NCBI RefSeq assembly: GCF_001194135.2
Contig: NC_068998.1
Location: 50,972,717-51,036,716 of the forward strand
Length of the DNA stretch: 64,000 bases
Direction of reading: 5' to 3'
Source of the DNA: Octopus bimaculoides
Taxonomy: Eukaryota
Below the pieces are notes generated by a model, which had not been told where the DNA came from, searched no databases, and saw nothing but the letters and a program-made list of their open reading frames with translations. The stretch's first letter is position 1, and each line of letters begins with the position of its first letter. Made by a program: the position numbers and the translations under genes. This document shows, one piece after another, positions 1-13,892 of this stretch.

Positions 1-840
1 AATAGGCTCAGCTAAAGGCTTCTCCATATCACGCTACCCGGGTTTTCCCGCCGGTGCGATCATCACCTGTACACATACACACACACACACACACACATAT
101 TGGAATAGTATATTTATGCTAGAGTTGGTGGTTCATTGACGTAGCATACTGTACGACAGCAAGCATCCGTATAAAGGAATATTTAATTAAATCTCTGCAC
201 CAAAGTTCCTCACGCATAGAAAAATAAATCCGTTTACAAGAAAACTTACGAGGAATACAACATGGAAATGCGATGCAATGACCTTGAGATTAGCATACAG
301 TAACTCGGAGCAGTTTTTATTTCTGTAGAGCAAGTTATTTGGGGTGAATTCAAGTTTAAACATTCTACAATTTAGTGAAATCCTTACCAGTATTGTTTTG
401 ATTTTAGCATTTTCTGAGAACTTCTAAAAGGTTGGTATCTCAGACTTGTATTTCTTTGGTAGTTCGCGAAAGAAAATATGAATTCTTGGATGAAAGACAA
501 ATTTGAATTGATGTAGCAGAAAGAGAAAAAGAAAAGCGGAGATTTGTCTTGTTTTTGTTTCTTTGAGTAAAATGAGTAAATAGTGCCAGTTGAAGAAATG
601 AGGCATAATAAAATTAAGTTCAGGTTACTGGCATCTTATTATTTTCTTTTACCAACCACTGCAGAGTACCTGGGTGCATACCTTTAAGGTAGAAATTGAA
701 AGCGATGGCGTGTGAAGAAACTATTTTCTATGGCAAAGAAAATAAAGCGACGTAATTAAACTAGAATCAGTAGAAACGGGTGATAGTCTACGTCAGCAAG
801 AAATAGATACATAAATAAGATATACAATAAAAAGAAAAAA

Positions 841-944
<104 letters not shown>

Positions 945-1367
945 AATTAGGCACAGATTTGGGGTAAAAAGTTTTTACTTCACAATTGCATACATTTAGG
1001 TTCGATCTTACGAAACGCCTGCTGGAGAAATGACTGTTACTGTGATATCCGGTTAACCAATGACTTGCGAGTGGAATGTGATGTACGGAAACTATGCAGA
1101 AGCCTATCTTCAACTCACATACATATATACACACACACAAAAATACGTAGGCATGCACATGCGTACACATATACACGCATGTTCACAAGCAATAACAGAA
1201 TGGTATCACTCAAAACGTATTACTCTGAAACGCAACGGATTGGTCGACCACATCCGGGTACACCATACCCTGTCTTCTTTTCTCATATGACGTCCTTGGT
1301 CATCGTCGACAACGACAGACGAACTATGATGATGATGATTAAGATATACATATATACATACTTATAC

Positions 1368-1407
<40 letters not shown>

Positions 1408-1772
1408 NNNNNNNNNNNNNNNNNNNNNNNNNNNNNNNNNNNNNNNNNNNNNNNNNNNNNNNNNNNNNNNNNNNNNNNNNNNNNNNNNNNNNNNNNNNNN
1501 NNNNNNNNNNNNNNNNNNNNNNNNNNNNNNNNNNNNNNNNNNNNNNNNNNNNNNNNNNNNNNNNNNNNNNNNNNNNNNNNNNNNNNNNNNNNNNNNNNNN
1601 NNNNNNNNNNNNNNNNNNNNNNNNNNNNNNNNNNNNNNNNNNNNNNNNNNNNNNNNNNNNNNNNNNNNNNNNNNNNNNNNNNNNNNNNNNNNNNNNNNNN
1701 NNNNNNNNNNNNNNNNNNNNNNNNNNNNNNNNNNNNNNNNNNNNNNNNNNNNNNNNNNNNNNNNNATACACA

Positions 1773-1850
<78 letters not shown>

Positions 1851-2329
1851 CACACACGCATATACATTTATGAGTGCTATTGCACACGCGCGCACTACCA
1901 CTCGCACATTTATTTGAATTACCGTTGACCTTGTTGGATACTGTTATTCAACCCTAGGTTACTCCCAATGAAGCAGACCTACAATCCAAAGTGACCCAGC
2001 CTGGAACATTCCTTCATTTCATATCTCTATGACTTTAACGTGCCATGTCTCGTTTCGTTTTAAAAACAGTAAGGTGAAATTTGAAGTAGGGTTAGCTGCT
2101 ATTTTCGCAATCGGGACTAGCTCATAAGGGTTCTTTTCACTGTAACAAACAAAGGTGAGTGATGTCATTTAGCTGCTTCCATAGCTGTTGGTTTCTTCAA
2201 TGTCATTTGATACGGAACGCTTTGCAGTTGTCAGCGCCGTTGCGTTTAAATCTTCGTTATGGCAGTGAGTGATTTTGTAGGGAAGCCAGAATCTTGTTGG
2301 TGTAATATATAGCATTAGGAGCGGTGATA

Positions 2330-2735
2330 TCAGCAACAATATCGACAACAACAACTGTAACAACAACAACAACAACAGCAGCAGCAGCAGCAACAGGAAC
2401 AACAGCGATAATAGCAGCAACAGCAACAAAATAAGACAGCAGCAGTGCAGCAACAACAGCAGCAGCTGCGGCAGCCGCAATCACAACGACAAAAGCAACA
2501 GCAGCAGCAGTAGCAACAACAACAAAAACAGTAATAACTGCACTATCAACAACCACTACAACAACATCATCGATAGCAGCAACTGTAGCAACAACAATTG
2601 CAACGACAACAGCAAGTACCCAAGTAACTATAACTGTAACAGGAAGAATATTAATTACAGCTCTAACGACAACAGAAGCAGCAACAATAACAACAACAAT
2701 ATCACCAACAAGAACGACAAGAACGACGGTGATCG
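2330..2735. repeat. Degenerate (CAA/CAG)n trinucleotide region
   Basis: Direct reading; source of the poly-V/A/L ORFs. Confidence 0.9.
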
Positions 2736-2840
2736 TCAACAAAGACAATAACGGTTTCAAATTTTGGCACAAGGCCAGCAATTTCGGGGTGTGTGTGCTA
2801 AGTCGATTACATCGATCCCAACTGGTCTATTTTAAAAAAA

Positions 2841-3053
2841 TTCTTTTACATGTTTCACTCATTTGACTGCGGCCATGCTGGAGCACCACCTTCAGTCAAA
2901 GAAGTCGAGGCCAGGACTTATCCTTTGTAAGCCCGTGCTTATTCTATCGGCTTCTTTTGCCGAACCACTAAGTTACAGGGACGTAAACGCACCAACATCG
3001 GTTGTCAAACGATGGTGGAGGGACAAACACAGAGACATAAATACATACATACA

Positions 3054-3085
<32 letters not shown>

Positions 3086-3251
3086 NNNNNNNNNNNNNNN
3101 NNNNNNNNNNNNNNNNNNNNNNNNNNNNNNNNNNNNNNNNNNNNNNNNNNNNNNNNNNNNNNNNNNNNNNNNNNNNNNNNNNNNNNNNNNNNNNNNNNNN
3201 NNNNNNNNNNNNNNNNNNNNNNNNNNNNNNNNNNNNNNNNNNNATATATAT

Positions 3252-3291
<40 letters not shown>

Positions 3292-3362
3292 GGGCAGGGC
3301 TTTTTTCAGTTTACATCTACCGAATTCACTCAGTAGGCTTTGGTCGGCCCGAAGTTATAGAA
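2841..3362 (-). mobile_element. tRNA-derived SINE family 2 (internal microsatellite, CR1-like tail)
   Basis: Tail TCATTTGACTGCGGCCATGCTGGAGCAC at 2859-2886 on the + strand; 5' part after the (TA)n/gap/(GATA)n; homologous to 13453-13892. Confidence 0.85.
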
Positions 3363-5504
3363 TTTGAACTCGGCGGAATTTGAACTCAGAATGTAAAGAC
3401 GGACGAAATGCTGCAAAGCATTTTACTCGGCACACTAACCATTCTGACAGACAAACAATAATTGCAACAAGAACAAGAACAACAACATTGTTCATAAAAA
3501 CATCAAGCATAACAACAACAAAGGGAGTAACAGCATTGCAGTCACAGTAATTATGAAAATCATTTCAAAATGTATTGAAACACATCAGTATTTCATTTAC
3601 CTTCGTGGGTAGTTGTGCGTGAATTCATACATGCGTTCATGTGCATGAGAGTATGAATGCTTTCGTGTACACGTGTGCGTGTCTATGTATATGTTTGTAT
3701 GCATGTATGTACAAGCGTATTTGCATGTGTATATGTATATGTATGTGTGCGCGCGTGCACACGCACACACACACACACACACACACATACACACATATAT
3801 ATATATAAATATATATATATACTTACATACATACATACACATATAAACACATGTATACATACATACGCATATACATACCCACATACATTTGTTATCATAT
3901 ACGTAGTCACGCACAAACACTCACACATTTCGAGCAGCGATTCATGCAAACTTAATTCCCCATACATAAAGCACAAATACAAATACTCATACATGCATAC
4001 ACCCATACATACATACATAGAAATCTGCACATATATAAGCATACAAACAAAACTGCCCTGTTTTTGATGCTGAAATTCCAATGAAAAGGCCTTGGATCTA
4101 GGTTAGAAACCGGCTCTTTCTCCATTGCCAAGAAATCTCGAAATTAAACTGAACAGTAACATACATACATACATACATACATACATACAAACATACATAT
4201 ATACATGCATACATACATACACATACGTAAATACTTAGACATACGTAAATGCATATGCATACGTAAATACATACACACATGCATACTCATACAAGCACAG
4301 GTGAATTTTACCCAGTATCTGGAAAAAATATCCGTCGCCTAATTTAAGGTAATCTAAACTTAACCAGCTTCAAAGAAAAGCAACTGATAAGATGCAACAA
4401 TAAAACTGTTAAGAAGGAAATGACCTGGCATCTATATTAACTGGCTTCCTGCTATCATCTAATCTTCTGTCTGCCTCGCTCTGTTCTGCTGTATGTTAAA
4501 TTTCCCATCTAACACCTATATTAAGTGTTTTTTCCTATGGAATCAGTTACAGTTGTATCCATCTTTCCATGTTTTCAATGCAGAAATGTTACGAATAAAG
4601 TTTACACGTCTCTGACGACTTAACAATAAGTCCTGACCATGTAATTTACATTGTGTAATTTACAATAACTCTGTGTTAATGAAACGTACGTTTTGTTCCG
4701 TTTTTTTACATATACCCTGAGTAATAATCAAATCCAGATTTTAAAACAAAAGATCCAATTACCAAACATGAACAGAAATACACATACATATATACATAGT
4801 TGTTATATATATTATATATATATCGTAAATGTATATACCCATGTATGTGATTGTGAGTGTGTATATTTGTGCGTATGAGAGTGTATGTGTGTGTGTTTGT
4901 GCGCGCGTGCATGCATACATGCATAATAAATTTTTATCGTAGCAGTCCTCATACCTTATTCGTGGAATTCCGGTTCCGTCTATTACACACACCCTTTTGT
5001 TTGTTTTAATCTACGTAATTCCTAGAACGTGCGAAGGAAATAACTTCAGCTGAAATAAAAATTTGGTTCCCTGCTGCCCCACCCAAGTAATCTATCTTCT
5101 CTGTATCCGGGTTCACCATTTTCTTGTTTCATATTCATAAACTAAATCAAACTCGTTTTAATATTAGCAATTTATTTTACTTTATATAATTTCGAATTAA
5201 ATCTAAAAAGCAAACTAATACAGACTGGTTAATCTATTTTGTGCTCAATCAATAATATTCCAGTCACATACGCGTTTCAATCTTACTGATTTCATCAGTG
5301 CAAATTTTAACTTAAAATAAATATTCTTTCTAATTTAGCTTCAAAACCAATTTTGAGAGGAGGGGCAATTCGATTGCATCGAAACTAGTAACTAGCCACC
5401 TATTTTATTGACCCCCTAGAACTTAGAACGTAGAGATTCGGAAGAAATGTCGTTAAGAATTTTCTCCGGCGTGGTAACGATTCTGCCAGTTGGCCATCTT
5501 ATTT

Positions 5505-5722
5505 TGAACTTTAATATTGATTTCAAATTTTGGCCTAAGGCCAGTAATTTCGGGGGTAGTGATGGTAAATCCATCACATCGGTTCCAGTACTCAACTGGT
5601 ACTTATTTCATCGACCCCGAAAGTCGACCTTGGCGGAATTTGAACTCAGAACATGAAGACAGACGAAATACCGCTAAGCATTTAGCCCGGCGTGCTAACG
5701 ATTCTGCCAGCTCACCGCCTTA
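5505..5722 (-). mobile_element. tRNA-derived SINE family 1
   Basis: Reverse complement GGCGGTGAGCTGGCAGAATCGTTAGCACGCCGGG...GAGTTCAAATTCC (A/B-box-like); repeated more than 15 times in the window. Confidence 0.9.
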
Positions 5723-5751
5723 AATTTTTTAAACTTTAATTTCAGTAGAGT

Positions 5752-5930
5752 AAAAGATGGTAAGCTGGCAAAAACTTTAGCACGCCGGACGAAATGCTTA
5801 GAGGTATCTCGTCCATCTTCACGTTCCGAGTTCAAATTCCGCCAAGATCGACTTTGACTTTCATCGTTTCGGGGTCGATAAAATAAGTACTGAAATTGCT
5901 AGCCTAGTGCCAAAATCTGAAACCAATACC
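5752..5930 (+). mobile_element. SINE family 1
   Basis: AGCTGGCAAAAACTTTAGCACGCCGG...GAGTTCAAATTCCGCC...GGGGTCGATAAAATAAGTAC. Confidence 0.85.
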
Positions 5931-7334
5931 AGCAGAAGATTATAATTGTATAGTTATGGGAGCAATTGATGTCGAGGGTAGCGGTGGTGGTTCATTCGAG
6001 ATAGGTGATATTTGTAGTCACACTTCAGTTATTGAAACAGAAAGGTCAGTTTAGAAACGGACATAACATTTCTGTGTTTAGAGGATTGTGTTGTGGCCAT
6101 GATACTTTCGACCCTTCTAAATCCGAGGAAATTGGAGAATGATGTTGCTATTATTTCTCTTGCTCCTTTGCAAATCAAAGTATGTAGGAAAACATGAGCT
6201 GGGAGGAAATTTCAGAAGACCAACGTCTTAGGAAGGAAGGAAGCAAGGGCTGAGTGTAGTGAGTAACGCGGTGCCGATGCTGGGGTTGGTCACAGCAAGG
6301 GTGATGAGAGAAGGAGTGACTAATAGAATGGAAATGACAGAATGGAAATCGTATGAGTCCAATCAGCTTCGAGTACCAGGAGAGGCATGAAATAAGAGCT
6401 GATACAGATATCCGCCCCCCCCCCAACCCAAGGAGCATTGCTAAATTTTAGTCATCATAAGAAGAAAAGAAAAAAAACTGGACCTGTTCACTGAGCAGAC
6501 AGTTCCTGGAGCTTGTAACTGCTTGGAGTCCTGAGGTCGGTGTCTTCGACTAAAACCCCGTTAAGGAGGTGCTCCAGCATAGCCGTAGTCAAATGACTGC
6601 AAGAAGTAAAAAAAAAAAAGAATATGCATACATACATACATACATCCATACATACATACATACATACATATATACATACATAAATAAATACATTTATATC
6701 GACACACAAAGAAGGTCCGCCAGTTACACAATACGCCCTTCTCCAGAGGTTTTATATGCATTTTCCCAGAAGACTCTTCTTCTACGTAATAATAGCAAAT
6801 ACGGTTGTCCAGTTGGATGACGTCATCAAAATTATTCATAGCATCGTTTAAAGATGTTACAGGTGGTGGTAGTGGTGGTGATGGTGGTGGTGATGGTGGG
6901 GGTTATGTTTTGATAGGAGATAACAGCATCAAGTGTATTCTTTCTTTAATTTGCTGAAACTCAGAACAAAGCTCTGTATGTATCTTCTTGACTTCGTGTG
7001 TGCTCGTGCGTCTACGTATATTATATGCTTGTATATATGTAGGTATGCATATATGCTAGTGTATATATATATATATATATATATATNNNNNNNNNNNNNN
7101 NNNNNNNNNNNNNNNNNNNNNNNNNNNNNNNNNNNNNNNNNNNNNNNNNNNNNNNNNNNNNNNNNNNNNNNNNNNNNNNNNNNNNNNNNNNNNNNNNNNN
7201 NNNNNNNNNNNNNNNNNNNNNNNNNNNNNNNNNNNNNNNNNNNNNNNNNNNNNNNNNNNNNNNNNNNNNNNNNNNNNNTATATATTTATATATATATATT
7301 TATATATATATATATATACATACACATGAGTATC

Positions 7335-8345
7335 CTCTTTTACTCTTCAGTCGTTTCCGCCATGCAGCTGCGGTCATGCTGGAGCACCGCTGTAGTCTTT
7401 CTGATTTCGTCAGTGTCGGGTGTTTCACATCACCACTCCCGTATGTGCCTTTGTCACAGCTGTTGGCTCATTTGGTGAATAAGCGAGTTCGATTCCACTG
7501 CCCTCGTCTGCGCTACATGTTAGGCTGTTGGTTCATCCGGTATTGTGGAGAGTAGGATGTCTAGTTCCTTTTTGAAGATATCTACTTCCACTTCATGCAG
7601 ATTTCTTAATTTTTGTAGCAGGGTATTGAAAAGCTGTGGGCCTTTGAACCCTCGACTATTGCAGTACTTGATCCTAAATTTAGATGGAGTGGATGGTACC
7701 TTTAGTATGATATAACGACGGTCAGTTTTGGGATTTGTATAACACTCGATGTCAAAATTAGGTACCAGCCCTTCTAGAGTTTTCCAGATGTAGATTATTG
7801 AATATCTGTCACGTCTTCGCTCCAGGGAGTAAATTTTCAGTTTTCTCAGCCTGTCAACTGTAGCTCATCCGCTGCTCTGCTTCAATATTTTTAACGTAGT
7901 GGCGTTGGACTGTTTCAAGCTCCGCTGTTGGTTTGGCACTATGTGGTGATCATAACTGTAAGCAGTAGTCCAGGCAGCTGAGAACGAAGGTTCTCCACAG
8001 GGTCAACATAGTTTCTTATTCTCTTGTCTTGAAGGATCTCAGTATCCATCCTGCCAGTTGTCTGTACTTTGCTGCCATCTTGGTAATGTGCATATAAAAG
8101 GATGCGCCATTCCACATACTGATCCCCAAGTCTTTCACTGCCCGTAACTCTGGGATTGTAGTGCCTTCGGGTCCTATTTTTTATTGCCTGTGATAATTTT
8201 GTTTCATCGACATAGCTAGTGACATTGACTGTCCCAGTGACCGTGAGCATGTCCGAGAGGGCTATTATGAACAGTAATGGCCCCAGAACAGTTCCCTGGG
8301 GACGCCACTTAGGATTTGAGTTCACAAGGATGGTCGGAGTCCAAT
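7335..8345 (-). mobile_element. CR1-clade LINE, 5'-truncated degraded 3' end (RT domain and tail)
   Basis: Minus-strand translation across frameshifts: GVPQGTVLGPLLF, SYVDETK (decayed YADD), VKDLGI...GWILRSF...LDYC, RLRKLKIYSLERRRDR, GPQLFN...FKKELD...IPDEP; ends in an AGTAAAAG-type tail near 7335. Confidence 0.9.
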
Positions 8346-8818
8346 GACTAAATCAAGTAACAATTAGAAAATACACACACGCACACAGATACACATACAC
8401 ACGCACACATACACAGAGACACATACACACACGCATGTATGTATGTATGTATGTATGTATGTGTGAGTGGGTGTGAGTTGGCCGTGTCAATTTACACATC
8501 ATTGTATATAGAAAGGTTTGTATATATGTAAACACTGTGGATACAACTTACAACAATAGTTACCAGTGTTTTAAAAATATTTTGAAGTAACTTGCCAGAT
8601 CATAAAAAAATGCGGAATGGCATGAGGCAAGATTTCGTTTCGGCATGTTGCTACACCTTTCTTCTCTCATTCAGACTTTCGCCCTTTTCTCATTATTGTT
8701 GATAAACAGGAAGACATAGATGCAAGGTTCTGTGTTTAAAATATTTGTTTACATACGCACACACACACAAACGTATGTATACATAAATACGTATGCATAT
8801 ATACATACATATGTATGT

Positions 8819-8864
<46 letters not shown>

Positions 8865-9778
8865 NNNNNNNNNNNNNNTATACATATATACATATATTAT
8901 CATATGGAGATGCATACACGCCTATACATTTGCCTGTGTGAATGACCCTGTTCACGTGCGTTCGTGTGGGCCTTTGTCTGCCAGCTCACCTTTAATTTGA
9001 CGTTAACAAGATGACTAATACCCATCAGTTGAGTTATGCAAATACGTCAGCAGCAATGACCTCTCACCTCTGATCATACAATAGACGATCTGTTTCTTTG
9101 AAAAAAGATGTAATCTAAATCTGAACCCACTCATCCACCCGTGAAATAGGTATTTCGCGGGATCAAATCTACACTGCACGTGCTTCCGTATGTTTCTCAG
9201 TAGGACATATATATCTGCGTTCATAAGTTTACTTAACAGTCGGAATCCTCCACAGGTTTTCTCAGATAAGAATCTTGTCCATGGTTATCTCTTTCATCTC
9301 TGTAGCAGTCGAGAAGCTCATGTTAAGTAACTAGTATCATAAACCGATTCCGTAGACGTATTCTATCGACATGCTAAACTGTTGCTAAGATTAATCTGTA
9401 TTTCGTAAGATTTCTGGCGACCTTGCCATATTATTGTTAACATATCTGTTTGTTTTTGTACGTCTGCATGTCTATATGTGTGTGCGAATATATCTGTATG
9501 AATGAATGCACGCACGGTTGAATGTGTGTATTGTATGTGAGTACGCATGTATGTATATATGAATATATATCTATAAATACACGTACACGCATACACACAC
9601 ATATACATGCACACGCACATACATACATACATACATACATACATACATACATACATACATAGTAAAGCTCTCCAGAAGTTTATCATTTAAATATATATGA
9701 ACATGTATAGATATGCAACTATATGCATGAGAATCCATCCATCCATCCATCCATCCATCCATCCATCCATCCATCCAT

Positions 9779-10062
9779 CAGTCATTTGACTACGGCCATG
9801 CTGGAGCAACGTCTTTAAAGGGTCTTTAAGTCGAAGAAATTGACGCTAAGCTTTTTCTGTGTAAGCTTAGTACTTATTTTATCGGTTCTTTTTTTTGCCG
9901 AACTGCTAGGTTGTGTGGACGTAAACACATCAACATCGGTTGTCAAGCGATTGTGTGTGTGTGTGGGGGGGGGGAGGAGCACAGACACAAAGGTACACAC
10001 ACATATGTATACATACATATATACGGACAACGGATTTCTTTCAGTTTCCGCCTACCAAATCT
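9779..10062 (-). mobile_element. SINE family 2 (3' part, runs into a gap)
   Basis: CAGTCATTTGACTACGGCCATGCTGGAGC...CATCGGTTGTCAAGCGA. Confidence 0.85.
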
Positions 10063-10622
10063 NNNNNNNNNNNNNNNNNNNNNNNNNNNNNNNNNNNNNN
10101 NNNNNNNNNNNNNNNNNNNNNNNNNNNNNNNNNNNNNNNNNNNNNNNNNNNNNNNNNNNNNNNNNNNNNNNNNNNNNNNNNNNNNNNNNNNNNNNNNNNN
10201 NNNNNNNNNNNNNNNNNNNNNNNNNNNNNNNNNNNNNNNNNNNNNNNNNNNNNNNNNNNNNNNNNNNNNNNNNNNNNNNNNNNNNNNNNNNNNNNNNNNN
10301 NNNNNNNNNNNNNNNNNNNNNNNNNNNNNNNNNNNNNNNNNNNNNNNNNNNNNNNNNNNNNNNNNNNNNNNNNNNNNNNNNNNNNNNNNNNNNNNNNNNN
10401 NNNNNNNNNNNNNNNNNNNNNNNNNNNNNTCTATAGATTGTCTACATTTCAGTTGTAGAGTACATGTTCAGATTCCGCAAAAAGAAATCAAGAACACAAG
10501 AAAACGACAAAGAATTCACAAACAAACAAACAAAAGCAGTATATGTTATATGAAAAATTGTTAAAATGTGACATCGTTTTCTCTGATAAGCTTCAGGAGA
10601 TCCGGTTTTCATTGCAAAAGAA

Positions 10623-10686
<64 letters not shown>

Positions 10687-11677
10687 GTACTAAGAAGATT
10701 TACGAAGTTACCTTAGCTTTTAGATTTTCATCAGTACCAAGTAGTAAATTTTTTTTGCATTATAATTCCAGAAGCAAAGAAAAAAGAGAAAATGAGAAAG
10801 AGAAAGAAAAGAAGAAAATAAAATCTGATTCACGCAGGTAATATTTACCTAGTTTCTAAAAATAACTTGATAATTCTCAGTTTCAGACATAGCAAAAAAA
10901 TTGTTTATTTCGTCAAGAATTAATCTCCATTCTCTGATTCTTTTAAATTTTTATAGCGTATCAAATATTTATGTTTTTAATCTTAGAGTCGGCTTGGAAA
11001 GCAGCGCTTATAACTTTTTAAAGGAGTTCTTAGACTGGTGAAAGGGAGGACCGCATTTCTTTGGCCAGAATGCTTGCAACACTGTAGTCTCCTCTAAAGG
11101 TACTCTGAAATGTCAGGCAGCCGATTAAGTCTACCGCCCATAAACACCAGAAGACAAAGAACCGGAGAAAAATACTATAAGGCGGATACCGAAGGACCAA
11201 TCTTGCGATCATGAACGTAACACCCTAACCACTAAGCTACCCGTCTCTACAGAAATGAAAGCTAAAAAAAGGGTTCTTTCCGTGCGGCCCGGTACCAAAT
11301 GATCTACGGCCTGGCAGTAGGCGTTTTCTACTGCATGGTATCCTTGCTTCACATTCTTGCAGATCCGCAACTCCAACACCCAGTAATGGTTTTTTCTTTT
11401 ATCGTAAAAAAGTTAAATCTCGGCAAGACTAGAAACCAGAACGCAGAGAGTCAGATCCATACTGCAAAGCATTCTACCCGATGCTCTAACGACACGGCCA
11501 ACAGTGCCATCTTAAGGTATACGCACACTGAGAAGTTACCCAGGGGTCTCACGGGTCTAGAAACTAATTTTTAACGGTGTATACAGTGACTTACTGTCAA
11601 TAAATATTGATTTACCCAGAGACCTATAATGCTGTTAGGAAGGTACTGGCTACCAATTCGCTGCCTATTTATTGCTG

Positions 11678-11730
<53 letters not shown>

Positions 11731-12289
11731 CACACACACATATACATGCATACAAATATACATATATGTGTGTGTGTATGTATATACATATACATTTATA
11801 TATGTGTGTGTGTATATATACATATATGCATACACACACACATATACGTATATATACAGAGAGAAAGTGAGATACATATATACGTAGATAGAAGGAGAGA
11901 GAAAGAAATAGATGTACATACATACATGTATCGATTAACTAATGTACGTATAAACGTATGCATGTATGTATGTATGTATGCATGTATGCATGTAAATTGT
12001 ATGTACGTGTAACGGGAGGTTATACGATAACAGTCATCTCCTAAAAAAACATTGTTGATTGAAGTAAATGAAATGAAAGAACGTGCCTGGATCTTGAAAC
12101 TGAATCCGCCGAGTAAATTCTGTTCGTTTTGAGTCAAGCCTAAACATCACTGCTCGTTTCGTCTCTCCTTACATATATTAACTCACATACGTATCTTATT
12201 TGCATGTTTACAAACAGGCGAGTGACATATTAATGTCAATATATGAATGATATTTAGACATTTTTTTATGTTAATGTATGAATTATTTT

Positions 12290-12710
12290 ATGCGGTGAGC
12301 TGGCAGAAGCGTTAGCACGCCGGGCGAAATGCTTAGCGGTATTTCGTCTGTCTTTATGTTCTGAGTTCAAATTCCGCCGATGTAGACTTTGCCTTTCATC
12401 CTTTCAGGGTCGATAAATTAAGTATCAGTTGCGAACTGGGGTCGATCAAATCAACTGGCCCCTCCTCCGTGTGCCTTGTGCCTAGAGTAGAAAAAAATAT
12501 GTGTTAGCCAAAAGGCGGCGAGCTGGCAGAATCGTTAGCACGCCGGGTGAAATGCTTCGCGGTATTTCGTCTGGAGTTACGTTCTGAGTTCAAATTCCGC
12601 CGAGATCGACTTACATACCAGATACGTACTGGGGTCGATGTAATTGACTCAATCCCTTTGTCAGTCCATGTTTAGCCCCCCGCCCACTGTGGGTAATAAA
12701 GAAATAAATA
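12290..12710 (+). mobile_element. Two tandem SINE family 1 copies (12290-12500 and 12513-12710)
   Basis: Two GGCGGYGAGCTGGCAGAA heads about 220 bp apart; a third partial copy at 13237-13340. Confidence 0.9.
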
Positions 12711-13152
12711 TATGAATTATACACATATCTAAACATATCAATACTATTTGAACTATGTTTTATGGGAACTTTTTGACTTTAGTTCTCTTAGTGGTCTCAG
12801 TCATTTGACTGCTGTCATCCTGGGGCGCCACATTCAAGGATTTCATTGAATTACATCGATTCTATTATCTATTGTATCGATCTTTTATCCATCTCAGAAT
12901 GATGAAATGTTAAGATAATCTGAGGAAGCTTTAAATCAGGACACAAGCGGGTGTTTCTATAATTCGACCAATGGTATCTTTATGCTAATGAATGACTGAT
13001 GACATTTAAATATTTCTGTTAATGTATGAATCAGAATTTCTCAACAGAGATTATTTTAATTTATGAATGATACTAAAATAAACTGTTTTGTTTTATATAT
13101 GTTAATGTATGACTAACTGTTAAATATCTTTTTATATATTTATACAGGAATG

Positions 13153-13194
<42 letters not shown>

Positions 13195-13452
13195 CCTCAA
13201 TAAAAAAGGATGTGGTTCCACATCAGTAACACTTCTACTGGCAGAATCGTTAGCACACCGGGCGAAATGCTTAGCGGTATTTCGTCTGCCGTTACGTTCT
13301 GAGTTCAAATTCCGCTGAGGTCATCCTTTCGAAATCAATGAAAAAAAGAAAAAGAGCCAGTTGAGCACAGAGATCGAGATAACCGACAAGATACTGGTTT
13401 TAGTCATTTGACTGCTGTCATGCTGGAGTACTAGGACTTATATATACTGTAC

Positions 13453-13611
13453 AGGCGCAACGAAGCTGTGTGGCAAGAAGCTTGCTTACCAACCACATGA
13501 TTCCGGGTTCAGTCCCACTGCGTAGTGTCTTGGGCAAGTGTCTTCTACTTTAGCCTCGGGCCAACCAAAGCCTTGTGTGGTAGACGGAAACTGAAAGAAG
13601 CCCGTCGTGTA

Positions 13612-13684
<73 letters not shown>

Positions 13685-13892
13685 TTGTCTGTTTGTGTTC
13701 GTCCCCCCACCATCACTTGACAACCGATGTTGGTGTATTTAGTCTTCCTAACTTAGCGGTTCGGTAAAAGACACCTATAGTATAAGTACTAGGCATACAA
13801 AGAATAAGTTCTGAGGTCGATTTGTTCGACTAAAGGCGGTGCTTCAGCATGGCCGCAGTCAAATGACTGAAACAAGTAAAAGAATAAAAGAA
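13453..13892 (+). mobile_element. Full-length SINE family 2
   Basis: tRNA-like head (GCTGTGTGGCAAG...GGGTTCAGTCCC), body TTGGGCAAGTGTCTT, internal (TA)n/(GTAT)n, tail GGCGGTGCTTCAGCATGGCCGCAGTCAAATGACTGAAACAAGTAAAAGAATAAAAG. Confidence 0.9.

Noticed and set aside
2257-2781. 174-aa hydrophobic Val/Ala-rich ORF resembling a membrane protein
   Set aside because: Antisense translation of the degenerate (CAA/CAG)n tract.
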